Below are positions 1-11,475 of a stretch of 64,000 bases of DNA, piece by piece. The notes under the pieces are model-generated. The model was not told the origin of the DNA. It searched no databases and saw only the letters and a program-made list of their open reading frames with translations. This DNA is from Octopus sinensis (lineage: Eukaryota): positions 1,426,001 to 1,490,000 of the forward strand of contig NC_042998.1 of the NCBI RefSeq assembly GCF_006345805.1, read 5' to 3'. How positions within the stretch are numbered: the first letter of the stretch is position 1; every line of letters starts with the position of its first letter. A program made the translations under genes and the position numbers.

Positions 1-101
1 GCACCTTGGGCATGTGTCTTCTACTATAGCCTCGAGCCGACCAAAGCCTTGTGAGTGGATTTGGTAGACGGTAAGCCGTCGTATATATGTATATGTATAT
101 T

Positions 102-155
<54 letters not shown>

Positions 156-302
156 CTTGTGTGTCTGTGTTTGTCCCCCCCACCAACATCGCTTGACAAC
201 CGATGGCGGTATGTTTACGCCCCCGTAACTTAGCGGTTCGGCAAAAAGAGACCGATAGAATAAGTACTACGCTTCCAAAGAATGACTGAAACAAGTAAAA
301 GA
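1..302 (+). mobile_element. SINE family A copy, cut by the window start and internally deleted
   Basis: Matches the body and tail of the full copy at 10639-11043, with the internal (TA)n(TG)n tract. Confidence 0.85.
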
Positions 303-399
303 GTAAGAGTATATATGTTACACCGTAAAATTAAAAGTTATAAACTTCATGTTTCAAACTGTTACAGCGGACACACAAGGACGACTCTCTCTCTCTCTC

Positions 400-447
<48 letters not shown>

Positions 448-719
448 CCTCTCTTCACTTGACTTAGGAATTATATCAAGGAATTATTATGTCTCGTAAT
501 ACAATTCCTGAAATTACACAGAAATACATTAGTTGACAACACTAAAGTTTTAGCTTTATCTTTCAATTACTGGACTGCGGGGAACGCAAACAGATCAACA
601 CTAGTTGTCAAAGGGTATACTAGTACGGAATATTGAAAAAAAAAAAAGGAAATAAAGTTGATACACATTCGTAATAAAATAATGAATAATACATAATATG
701 TATGAATAGACGGATGGAG

Positions 720-2060
720 GAGAAAAGGAAAAGTTGATAAGGAGGATGTGGGGTCAGAGGGCAGGTGAAGATAGAAGAGCTTCGCCTCTGTAGAGATCGG
801 CCTATCACACCACCGAGATGCCGCCCTTGACAGCCGTTTTGATGATGTTGTTCAGACGATGAAGGGAGTGGAGAGCGGCGAGTTCGGTCCGGGAGATGTC
901 GGAGCGTCGCAAATGTCTTCAGAAGTCGAAGTGGTCAACTGCACGGTGACTGTTGTAAATTGACCAAGAGAAGTGAACAAGCCTGGAACTCGACGTTCCG
1001 TGTAATGGTCGGCGGCACAAGTTGGTGAAACAATCAGAGGTAGTTTAGTTGAACGAGTATCACTGTAAAAAAACACCTGTGCAGCGCATAAACCGTTCGA
1101 CTTCAGTAGGGGTCCGGAACACTTCGCGGGTGGATGTGAGCGGTATGAAATTTGGCCTTCTACTAAGAAGAGAAAGCTCGGCTTCGGAAAGAGATATGAG
1201 AAAAGGAAGAGTGACAACAGAGATCGAGAGGATTTGAGGTTGGAGGGGTGTAGGAGGATGAGTGGATCAGTGAAGGAGATGGGATGAGAGTAGAAGTGGT
1301 GTTGGGAAACAGGGGTTGGGTTTGAGGAGGGGATGAATGGGAAGAGGAGGAAAGGACAGGTAGAACAAGAGGAAAGGAGACGGCATGTAGAGGTGAGAAA
1401 GTGAGTACAATTTGCGTGACTTGATGGAGGCGACGAAGATGAAGCGCTGAGAGTTCAGGATAGGGTGAAAGATAAGAGTGATTGAGTGAGGAGAAGTGAG
1501 AAATGGAGGAGAGATAGAGAGGCTGGAGAAGGAGGCGGTGGAGGTGGCGATTTTGTGAAGGTGTGTGGAATGGCGGGTGGAATACATGAAGAGTTGGGAG
1601 GAGCGAAAGAAGATGTATTTAACAGAGACGCAGATTAGATAGGAAGGAAGTGGAGAGGGAAATCGTTAGAAAGAAAGCGAAGATGCAATCAGCGGCTGAG
1701 GAAAGAAACATGGCTGGAGTAATCTGAGGAGAAGCTAGGTTGGGAACAAACAAAATGAGGAGTACCAAGAAAGAGTTCGAGATAGGAGTGCAGGTGGCAG
1801 AGAAAGGTGTGGAAGCTGGGCATGTTGGGAGAGAGGGAACGAGAGAAGAGAAGAAAGAGAAAAGAATAGAAAGAGAGAAAAAGAAGTGAGCTGGTCGCGG
1901 GAGATTGTGTGCAGTGAAAAAAGAAGACATTCGTAAAAGCGTTAAAGTTATATATATTACGTAATGAACACTAAAAGAAGACAATAGGAGAGGGACAGGT
2001 TTTATAAACTGTATTATTTTAACGCTTAAAAGGAATGTTAAGAGTCTTGACGTTTCGGAT
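720..2060 (-). mobile_element. Decayed Penelope-like retroelement, N-terminal region up to the start of RT
   Basis: Minus-strand frames with stops give PLE-type motifs in the expected order: SSHVSFLSR*LHLRF (~1675-1715), SLSEAELSLLSRRPNFIP...EVERFMR (~1100-1200), SDISRTELAALHSL...IIKTAVKGGISVV (~808-900; cf. IKPADKGGAVVV), YLHLPSDPT (~745-775). A half HHR motif CCGAAACGTCAAGA lies upstream at 2045-2058. Confidence 0.8.
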
Positions 2061-2449
2061 TCTAGTCTATCGTTTAAAAAATGCAAAAGAATGTCAAAAG
2101 GTCATGGGAAAATAAAAAATATAAGAAAAGGTGGTTAAATATGTTTCTAGGGCGGAGTTAGGAGGTGGGTATGGAATATACAGGTATAGGAGGGTGTCTA
2201 TGTACAGAGATTAGCATCGGAGAGGTATGTATACGTGGCGGTATGAGGTGCATGACGTTTCTTGACCGGTGTAAAGGTGCATAGAGGTGTGCAAGTATGA
2301 GAGCGTAATGACATGAGTAGTGTGGGGTGAGGGCATGATTACTCATATTGTATCCAGGAGCAAAGTCTGGAGGAGGGTGTAACAGGTGCAAATGCGAGCT
2401 GAAAGGGAAGAGAAACTTGATATTTACTAAAAAGAAAATAAAAAACCAT

Positions 2450-2690
2450 GGAAAGTTTATAGTTTATTCAACACATTTTCAGGTAGTCAATCTTTTCAAT
2501 GACCATGTATCCTTTTATTAAAGGCGAATAGACTAGACTTTTCTCTTTCAGACGATTCGCTTCATTGCACTACAAACACAACGCTATTCTAGTTGAAGAC
2601 TTCTTTTCAGATGTTTCTTGAGCTTCAATTTGGGTGCACAACAAGAAAGAGACACGGCTGCACGAGATATCTGTGTCGGCAAGTACAACA
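2450..2690 (+). mobile_element. Decayed mariner-like 5' end / transposase N-terminus
   Basis: Frame LLFRCFLSFNLGAQQERDTAARDICVG resembles mariner N-terminal HFRHLLLFAFNxGxKAAxAARDIC (from memory). Confidence 0.5.
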
Positions 2691-2939
2691 GACGTCAACT
2701 GAGCCGGCCGGAAAGTAAGTGTTGTCATTTACAAACATCAAATAATGCCAGAAACTACAATGCAGGGGGGGGGGGAAAGTAGCGTATGCGAAGGCAAGGC
2801 TGACCACAACAGGAAACACGTCCTAAATAATCACAAAGCTCAGTGTCAAAACCGAATGCATTACCTTTAAGATAGCGTGTTTGCGTCGCTGTGTGTGTGT
2901 GTGTGCGCCCGCGTGTGTGTGTATGTGCGTGTGTGTGTG

Positions 2940-2955
2940 CTGTTGTTTTTGTTGC

Positions 2956-3001
<46 letters not shown>

Positions 3002-3002
3002 G
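2940..3002. repeat. (GTT)n microsatellite
   Basis: Directly visible. Confidence 0.95.
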
Positions 3003-3237
3003 ACGTCATAAGGATGTATAAATTTTTTCGAACAGTACATCAGGAACCAAGTTAAGCAATATGTAATAGCGTGTTATATGTGTTAGACAGACTCTCCTAT
3101 CGAGAACGACGCATGAGTGCTCGATAACTACACACACACAAACACACAAACAGTGACACACGCCCACACCATACATACATACACACACACACACACAGAG
3201 GCACACATTCACACACATATATATATAGAGAGAAGTG

Positions 3238-3350
3238 GGCATGGTTTCCTGTTCTGCCCCACTACACGGTACCTTGGCCAAGTGTCGTCTATTATAGCTC
3301 TGGGCCAACATATGCTTTACTAAAAAAAGCCCGTCGTATATATGTATATG

Positions 3351-3391
<41 letters not shown>

Positions 3392-3520
3392 TTGTCCCCC
3401 ACCCCACATCGTTTGACAACCGATGCTGGTGAGACCGATAGAATAAGTACTAGGCTTACAAAAAATAAGTCCTGGGGTCTATTTGGTCGACTAAAGACAG
3501 TGCTCCAGCATGGACGCAGT

Positions 3521-3524
<4 letters not shown>
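3238..3524 (+). mobile_element. SINE A, degenerate copy
   Basis: Matches family A body and 3' part. Confidence 0.8.
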
Positions 3525-3561
<37 letters not shown>

Positions 3562-3566
3562 TACAT

Positions 3567-3722
3567 ATACGATGAGCTTCTTTCAGGTTCCATCTACCAA
3601 ATCCACTTATAAGGCTTTGGTAGAACCGAGGCTATAGTAGACGACACTTTCCCAAGGTGGGACTGAACCCTGAACCATGTAGTTAGGAAGCAAGCTTCTT
3701 ACCCCACAGCCACGCCTGTGCC
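3567..3722 (-). mobile_element. SINE A, 5' half
   Basis: Reverse complement of the family A head up to the internal microsatellite. Confidence 0.85.
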
Positions 3723-4019
3723 TATGATAACATTTATTTAACCATTGGAAATCCTTATACAGCAATTATTTTGCAGCTTAATAAAGAATACATAGATAAT
3801 TTAATTTATGAGTGTCTGCATTAAAATAAACAAACTTTAAATTAAGGCAGATATTACGTTAGCGCATCGGGTAAGGCGAAATCCATATTAAGCAATAATC
3901 CTTTACATGACGTTTCAAGAACGCGAAGTCAATATTTAAAAGAAAGAAACGTTATGTCGAGGGATATAACGCACAAACACATGCACATATATTTATGCAC
4001 ATGTGTGCATATGTGTGTA

Positions 4020-4272
4020 AATACCTGTATGTGTGTGTGTATATAGCAAAAAGATCAAAGGATTTTCCCGAGCCATATGCTTTTAAGGTCGGATTCCCGG
4101 ATTTTGCGGCGTATATATACTTCGGCCCTCGTTGGAGAGAATGCCAATCCGTCGCAGGATTTTTGCCAGCTGAGTGGACTGGAGCAACATGAAATGAAAG
4201 GCTTTGGACAAGAAAACAACTCATCAGCCGGTCCAGGAATCGAAACCATGCATTCATGAGTCCAACACCTTA
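4020..4272 (-). mobile_element. SINE family D (tRNA-like head, CTCCAGTCCACTCAGCTG core)
   Basis: Minus strand has a B-box-like GGTTTCGATTCC; core shared with 18601-18835 and 27640-27925. Confidence 0.65.
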
Positions 4273-4321
4273 ATCAAAAAGATACGCAAAATCAGACGAA
4301 CACACACAAAAACACACACAC

Positions 4322-4359
<38 letters not shown>

Positions 4360-4674
4360 CCCTTTGCGTTTATCCTAAAAGTACTAAAACATAAGCATAA
4401 ACCACGAATCCTGCACAGATATTCTCTAAAATACATTCCCACAAACCCGCACAATATCATACATTAAGCCCGTTAGTGCGCGCACACACGCACAAACACT
4501 CATTTAAATATTATATTCCACATATGCAAACGGCATATATACGCATACAACCTTGCTTATCTGCCATCATGCAGATTCAGAGACACACATACAACCTTAC
4601 ATTCATACGTACGTACATTTTTGCTTGTGCGGCAACATGCGTACACGCAGATATTCAAGCACGCGCGCACAAAA

Positions 4675-4705
<31 letters not shown>

Positions 4706-4762
4706 AAAACACACACACACAAAACACACACACACACACACACACAAAAACACACACACGCG

Positions 4763-4809
<47 letters not shown>

Positions 4810-4936
4810 GCACGATCATGCATATTTACTCACAAACGTTCATATTTTCAGAGACATTCACAATTACAAACACCCAAAGCTGTGTCCTTTTCTACTCATT
4901 CACAAACACACACACTCAGATACCTACAGATACACT

Positions 4937-4974
<38 letters not shown>

Positions 4975-5087
4975 CTGTTACAGCCAATCATGCTTATTAC
5001 AGAGGTGCGTACGTAAAGCCAGCTTGGTATGAGTTGGTGTTCAGAATGATGAAGAGAGAAGCAAGAGAAGAGCGCCATCCAAGATGG

Positions 5088-5264
5088 CCTTGAACTGATC
5101 CCTTCTGAGTGTTAATCACATTGTCATCTTTCCTACTCTGGCTCACCTTGTTGTGCCAATGTGTCGTGCCAACCGATATTGACAGCCAAGAGTTGACATC
5201 GGTAGAATGTGCTGGCGACAATGGATTGTATTTTGTTGACTGGCGGAGATAGATTGATGGTGTG
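5088..5264. repeat. 177-bp block, copy 1 (direct repeat of 8923-9099)
   Basis: Four substitutions by eye between the copies. Confidence 0.9.
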
Positions 5265-5448
5265 TGCGTGTGTATGTAAGAGAGAGAGAGAGAGAGAGGG
5301 GGAGAGAGTGTAAATGTGTATGCATATTATGTATGTGTGTATGTATATCTATGCATGTATGTATGCCTGTGTATTTATACACACACACACTCACAAACAT
5401 GCATACACATACAAAGAAAGAGAGAGAGAGAGAGAAGGAGATGTAGTC

Positions 5449-5802
5449 TTTTATTCGTTTCAGTCATTTGACTGCGGCCATGCTGGAGCACCGTTTTTAG
5501 TCGAGCAAATCGCCTCCAGGACTTATTCCTTGTAAGCCTAGTACTTATTTTATCGGTCTCTCTTGCCGAACCGCTAAGTTACTGGGACGTAAACACACCA
5601 GCATCGGTTGTCAAGCGATGTTGGGCGGGGGGAGGGGACAAACACAGACACACAAACATATACATACATATATATATACGACGAGCTTCCTTTCAATTTC
5701 CGTCCACCAAATCCACTCACAAGGCTTTGGTCGGCCCAAGGCTATAGTAGAAGACGCTTGCCAGAAGGTGCCACGCAGTGGGACTGAACCCGGAACCATG
5801 TG
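5449..5802 (-). mobile_element. SINE A, near full length
   Basis: Reverse complement of 10639-11043 lacking the first ~45 nt. Confidence 0.9.
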
Positions 5803-5927
5803 GGCGTTGTGTGACTAATAATCTGGTGTAGAATTCGATGTACATTTGCTTCAGAACGAAGCCTTAGCCGAGTAGAGAGCGGTGATAAGAAAACGAAGGA
5901 ATAGACGATTATCTTATGAATTTCTTT

Positions 5928-6153
5928 AGGTTACAGCTGTTTCAGTTATTAGATGCAGTGGACTCATAGTTGAATGCCTCAGTAACATCCCATACATTCA
6001 TCCGAACCTCCAATATGAAATGTAATTTATTCGGGAGAATAATTACAATTAAATTGCACATCATATTCGAGGTTCCGGTGAAGTTGTGAGATGTTACTCA
6101 GGCATTCAAGTCTGAGGCGACGGCATCTTACGACAGAAACAGCTGTTAAACCT
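5928..6153. repeat. Imperfect foldback (~91-bp arms) carrying decayed HHR-like motifs
   Basis: 5928-6018 is roughly 80% the reverse complement of 6061-6153; both arms contain GAAACAGCTGT. Confidence 0.85.
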
Positions 6154-7506
6154 GAAATCGTTTGTTACTCGGTTATCTCATTTTCTTATGGATGCCTTCA
6201 TATAAATAGATAAAGAGACCAAATAGTGTATATGCGTGCGTAAGTGTATATGTGTTTGGGTGTTTTAAATATAATGGTTCACTGGCGATTCATGCTCGCG
6301 TGAGATTGTTGAAGCTGTGTCTTAACAGCCAAACATGAACTTGAAACTCGGAATATTGACAAAGTAACTCTGCAACTTTACGGAAATAAATACACTCGAC
6401 TACAAACTGTGGTACACTCTCTTTCATTTATCTGGATGTGTGTACATATATAAATACATACATACATACGTGCATGTATACTTGTGTGTATGTGTTTCTG
6501 TTGTGTGTGTATGTGCATGTGTGTGTATGTGTGTGTGTGCATGTGTGAGTTTTGTAAAAAATACTTCATGCAGTCACAATAAATGGAAACGTTTTCTTTA
6601 AGATTGTTTACCATTTCGAAAATCTTAGAAAAACAGAATGACACGAACCTTTAGGAAGAAAGTTTACGCATTATGTGTGTGAGCGCTTTCGTTGTTTATT
6701 ATTTCGCATACACGTGTTACGGGATAATCCGTATAGAGGAAGTTGTTTTCAATAGCATTTTTGAATATTTCTGGTTTAGATTCGGATTTAGAATTCTTAT
6801 AAATTATTATTCTTTTGTCTTTCATAGTTCATCATTTTCTTTATTATGCGAGAAAAATACTCACCAAATTTAACAAATCATGCCATAACGAAAGCTAAAG
6901 AAATCTTTGTAATGGACGATGGCGTTTCTGGTTGCTAATAACTCCAATTCTTGTTCTAAACAGCCTATTGTAAGGATCGCATTGGCCTGTAGGTGCTGTT
7001 TGAAGTTGGGTTACTTTGACTTTCCTATAACCCTATAATCCAGGGCATCTTATATTCAGCTGAACGAAGCCTTCAGTCTTACATTAATCCTTACATGTTT
7101 GGAACATAATTAAAGCCTCGCAAATTATCAACAACCGAAAGACAACCATCAAATCTTTAAAAAAAATCTCTTAGCAAAGACAAGCTTTCAAATAAGAAAT
7201 TTTGCAGGGAACCAAAGGCAGAGACACTCGTAGTGGGGCGCGTGAAATAATTAAAATATTTGAATAGGGAACAACCACAAGTTTCACGAACGAGAAGGAA
7301 CTGAAGCTTAATGCAAACATGAATTGCAAAACAAAGCGATTCATTTACTGCAATACATGTACGCAATGCAATGAGAATTAGATCGGTTGAACAGGATCAA
7401 AACTGATGCATCACCTAAGAGTACATAAACAAGTTAAAGATTCATCTCTTAGGAAAAATTCTGTCTATTGAACATCTAAACATTTTTGCAAATGGGAAGT
7501 TCTAAA

Positions 7507-7541
<35 letters not shown>

Positions 7542-8205
7542 ATACGTAAGTATGCATACATGTTCCCTTATTTTTTATTATTTGAAGAGCTGACGGAAGA
7601 GCGCAATTGAATCATGTTTCATGGTGTTCGATAACACCATAATTGCCCGTTTTAGCGTGTTACTATATCACTTCACCTTATTACTATATAGTCATTGACA
7701 CAATTCTGCCTTCATCCACTTTTTGAAGGGTTTTGCTCCTGCCCTGAATGGGTTACTGGCACCCTATATTCATCGGATAGCATGGTGCAGGTGTCGAATT
7801 TATCGCGTACGACCCAACATGTACTGGATTACTTTTTACTAGGAGCGTGACCTGGCATATATAATCTGTATATGCATATCTGAATATATATGTAAGTACG
7901 TATGTATGTATGTATTATGTATGTGTGAGGGAGCCTATACATACACATATATAGTGTAGGTTCCCATGCGTTGTTTAATAAATATACATTCATCCACGCA
8001 GAGTAAATAGAGCTGTTCTCGGACTCGTCCTGCAGAGAGACTCCTGTCGTTTAACCACAGGAGTCTCTATTTATGCAGCTAGTCTGCGTGTACGTTCATT
8101 AAACGTGTGCGAATTCATTCGTATTTATCCACACATCACTTTCTCTTACATGTGCATGAGTACATATGTACTCACACACATCCACACATTCTCATATTTA
8201 TGCGT

Positions 8206-8271
<66 letters not shown>

Positions 8272-8514
8272 GTGGTTAGAAAGGTAGATAGATGGATAGA
8301 AATATACACATTTATTCATATGTACATATATATATGTATCCAATGATTATTGTTATTATGACTATATTTATTCTACATTATATTGGTACAGCTCGATGCA
8401 ACTCGAAAAAACTGGTTCACTAGTCAGCATCATTAGACTGTGTCCAGCGCAATGGGGTAGGAGCTTTACCTGCATATTCAAAACGTTTCCAGTAAACAAA
8501 TGTAAAAGTTAAAC

Positions 8515-8587
<73 letters not shown>

Positions 8588-8616
8588 CACACATACTCAC
8601 TCACATACAAATATGA

Positions 8617-8820
8617 TTCTTAAGATCATAGTCCGTATTCCTTTGATGATTACAGTCAACCTTTCCATTGGTCAAACTTGATAAACAATCCTCACTTAAC
8701 ACATCCGTTAATGCCATATCGTCGGAAGAAATGAATGCATGAATATGATCTTCCCGATGTCCATGGATACTACGGACTGTACAGTAATCATCCCAGGAAT
8801 ACGGGCTATGATCTTAAGAA
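8617..8820. mobile_element. MITE-like element with 37-bp terminal inverted repeats
   Basis: 8617-8653 versus 8784-8820, three mismatches. Confidence 0.7.
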
Positions 8821-8922
8821 ATGTGATTCGTGGAAACGCGCGTAGCGATGCCTTAAAATATTTATAACTTCCATCCATGACCATTTAGTATGATTACTAT
8901 ATTTATCCTACATTAATGTTGA

Positions 8923-9099
8923 CCTTGAACTGATCACTTCTGAGTGTTAATCACATTGTCATCTTTCCTACTCTGCCTCACTTTGTTGTGCCAATGTGTC
9001 GTGCCAACCGATATTGACAGCCAAGAGTTGACATCGGTAGAAGGTGCTGGCGACAATGGATTGTATTTTGTTGACTGGCGGAGATAGATTGATGGTGTG
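8923..9099. repeat. 177-bp block, copy 2
   Basis: See 5088-5264. Confidence 0.9.
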
Positions 9100-9884
9100 A
9101 TCCCAAAAGTCTGGTATCGCCCGTTGGCATCGTTCTGCTGTAGTCGGCACATTAGAATTGGAGCTTTTTTATGCTTATTCAAAGCATTTCCCGTAAACGA
9201 AGCGGATGAGTTCCTCCATTGCCACTCAGAGCTTCATGCCAACCACTTACGTTCATGCACCGATTAAATGAAATAAAATGAAGCACTGTTTAAGCTGACT
9301 GTTATTGGTCGAAAATGGTCGGACGATTATTTGTGCTTCAACTTTTCACATAATATTACTGCTGTTATACTTTGTTTGTGCTCTGTACAGGACAAATTAC
9401 AGATTTGTTGTGCGTGTAGAGGCTACTCTCTAACGATTGAGGTGTGTCTACATTGTTTGTTTCACGGATACTTTGGATGAAAAGAAGTTATCTTAAAGAA
9501 AATGTGTCCGGTAACGAAAAACAGAAAATATCTCAGACTTTCAGTTTCAGGTTCTGAAACGTTCCAATCTTCAATAGGAAATTCCTTATTTGTCTATCTA
9601 ACATGTTAAACTTTGTAATTCGTATTAGTAAATGAAATATGTGTATTGGATAATAAATAATACAAAAAATGTTCCACTTTCTTATTTTGTTATGCAATAG
9701 CTCTGCACATAACATTTCCATAATTCTCAGTTTTAATAAGCATTTTGACTAACATACAACAGCAACTGTGATCCCATATTAGATTATAATAATTGGAAAA
9801 GCAGATGTGCTGCAAGAGAAAGCAGCTGAGATTTACCCTAACTACCCATTATGTATGTGTGTGTTTATATATATATATATATAT

Positions 9885-10386
9885 TTGTCTTCATGCTCTT
9901 GCTGGATGGGGCCATTGCGGGTTAATGGTCCCAGTGGCGTCATCGTTTGCAGAGCTGACCAAGTACAGCAGAGCTCCTCATCGCTGGCGGTCCCGTGCAT
10001 GCCTGTTTGCATTCTCCAAGACGACGTCGAGCCTCTGGAGATCTTTCTTAACCATGCCGATCCATCGGCTGCAGCTGCTGCGTCGAACGAGAGTAGAGAC
10101 CCTGGTAGAATGATCCGGCTGGAGGCGGAAGACATGTCGGTAGCAGCACGTGCGGCGGATGGATACGAGGCGGGAGCGGCAGAATGATTCGTGCGCGTGC
10201 GCCGCTCTTTGCTGGATCCCCATTCGATGCCACTCCTCTGTCTCTCGGAAAACAAAGCTTTGTATCTACAACGCGTCGGTTTTCTCCGTTTCCCCTTATG
10301 CGGCAGAAACGTGGCACCCGACGAAGACCCTGGCAAAGAGGGTTGACATCTTCGATAGCAGAATCCTGAAGATCATCGAGAATATC
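9885..10386 (-). mobile_element. RTE-clade LINE 3' fragment with inverted 5' segment
   Basis: Minus 10219-9885: RRTCCYRHVFRLQPDH...RWIGMVKKDLQRLDVVLENANRHARDRQR. Plus 10222-10386: SVSRKTKLCIYNASVFSVSPYAAETWHPTKTLAKRVDIFDSRILKIIENI. (TA)n on both flanks. Confidence 0.85.
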
Positions 10387-10558
10387 ATATATATATATAT
10401 ATATATATATATAAAGATTAATCAGCCGAAATTACTACGATGATCCGGTTCTTGACTGAAGACTGAGGGGTTCGAATGTCCTGTCCATGTTTATTGTATC
10501 GTCTTCTAAGAGTTTACGTTCTTGTCCATGTTGTATTTTTCTACATACCTTATATATA

Positions 10559-10627
<69 letters not shown>

Positions 10628-10638
10628 GTGTGTATATA

Positions 10639-11043
10639 GGCGCAGGAGTGGCTGTGTGGTAAGTAGCTTGCTAACCAACCACATGGTTCCGGGTTCAATC
10701 CCACTGCGTGGCATCTTGGGCAAGTGTCTCCTGCTATAGCCCCGGGCCGACCAATGCCTTGTGAGTGGATTTGGTAGACGGAAACTGAAAGAAGCCTGTC
10801 GTATATATGTATATATATATATGTGTGTATGTGTTTGTGTGTCTGTTTGTCCCCCTAGCATTGCTTGACAACCGATGCTGGTGTGTTTACGTCCCCGTCA
10901 CTTAGCGGTTCGGCAAAAGAGATCGATAGAATAAGTACTGGGCTTACAAAGAATAAGTCCCGGGGTCGATTTGCTCGACTAAAAGGCGGTGCTCCAGCAT
11001 GGCCGCAGTCAAATGACTGAAACAAGTAAAAGAGTAAAAGAGT
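10639..11043 (+). mobile_element. SINE family A, full-length reference copy (tRNA-derived)
   Basis: A-box-like GTGGCTGTGTGG (10648), B-box GGTTCAATCCC (10692), internal (TA)(TG) tract, tail TGACTGAAACAAGTAAAAGAGTAAAAGA. Confidence 0.92.
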
Positions 11044-11056
11044 ATATATATATATA

Positions 11057-11109
<53 letters not shown>

Positions 11110-11168
11110 TATATAAATGTGTGCATATATAGATATAGATATATATATATACATATATACATATATAA

Positions 11169-11237
<69 letters not shown>

Positions 11238-11259
11238 TTATATATATATATAGATATAG

Positions 11260-11290
<31 letters not shown>

Positions 11291-11311
11291 AATGTGTGCA
11301 TATATAGATAT

Positions 11312-11358
<47 letters not shown>

Positions 11359-11475
11359 ATATTATATATATATATAGATATATATATATATAGATAGATA
11401 TAGATAGATAGATAGATAGATGATAGATAGATAGATAGAAGATAGATAGATAGATTAGATAGATAGATAGATAGA
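11044..11475. repeat. (TA)n then (GATA)n microsatellite
   Basis: Directly visible. Confidence 0.95.

Noticed and set aside
2611-2714. Exon-like segment with TTTTCAG acceptor and GTAAGT donor
   Set aside because: One open frame resembles a mariner N-terminus, so a transposon remnant is the simpler explanation; exonisation is not excluded.
9390-9441. Possible ~51-nt micro-exon (DKLQICCACRGYSLTIE)
   Set aside because: Mediocre splice signals, no recognisable protein; expected by chance.
10639-10710. SINE heads as tRNA genes
   Set aside because: A/B boxes are present, but there is no complete cloverleaf and each runs into a SINE body.
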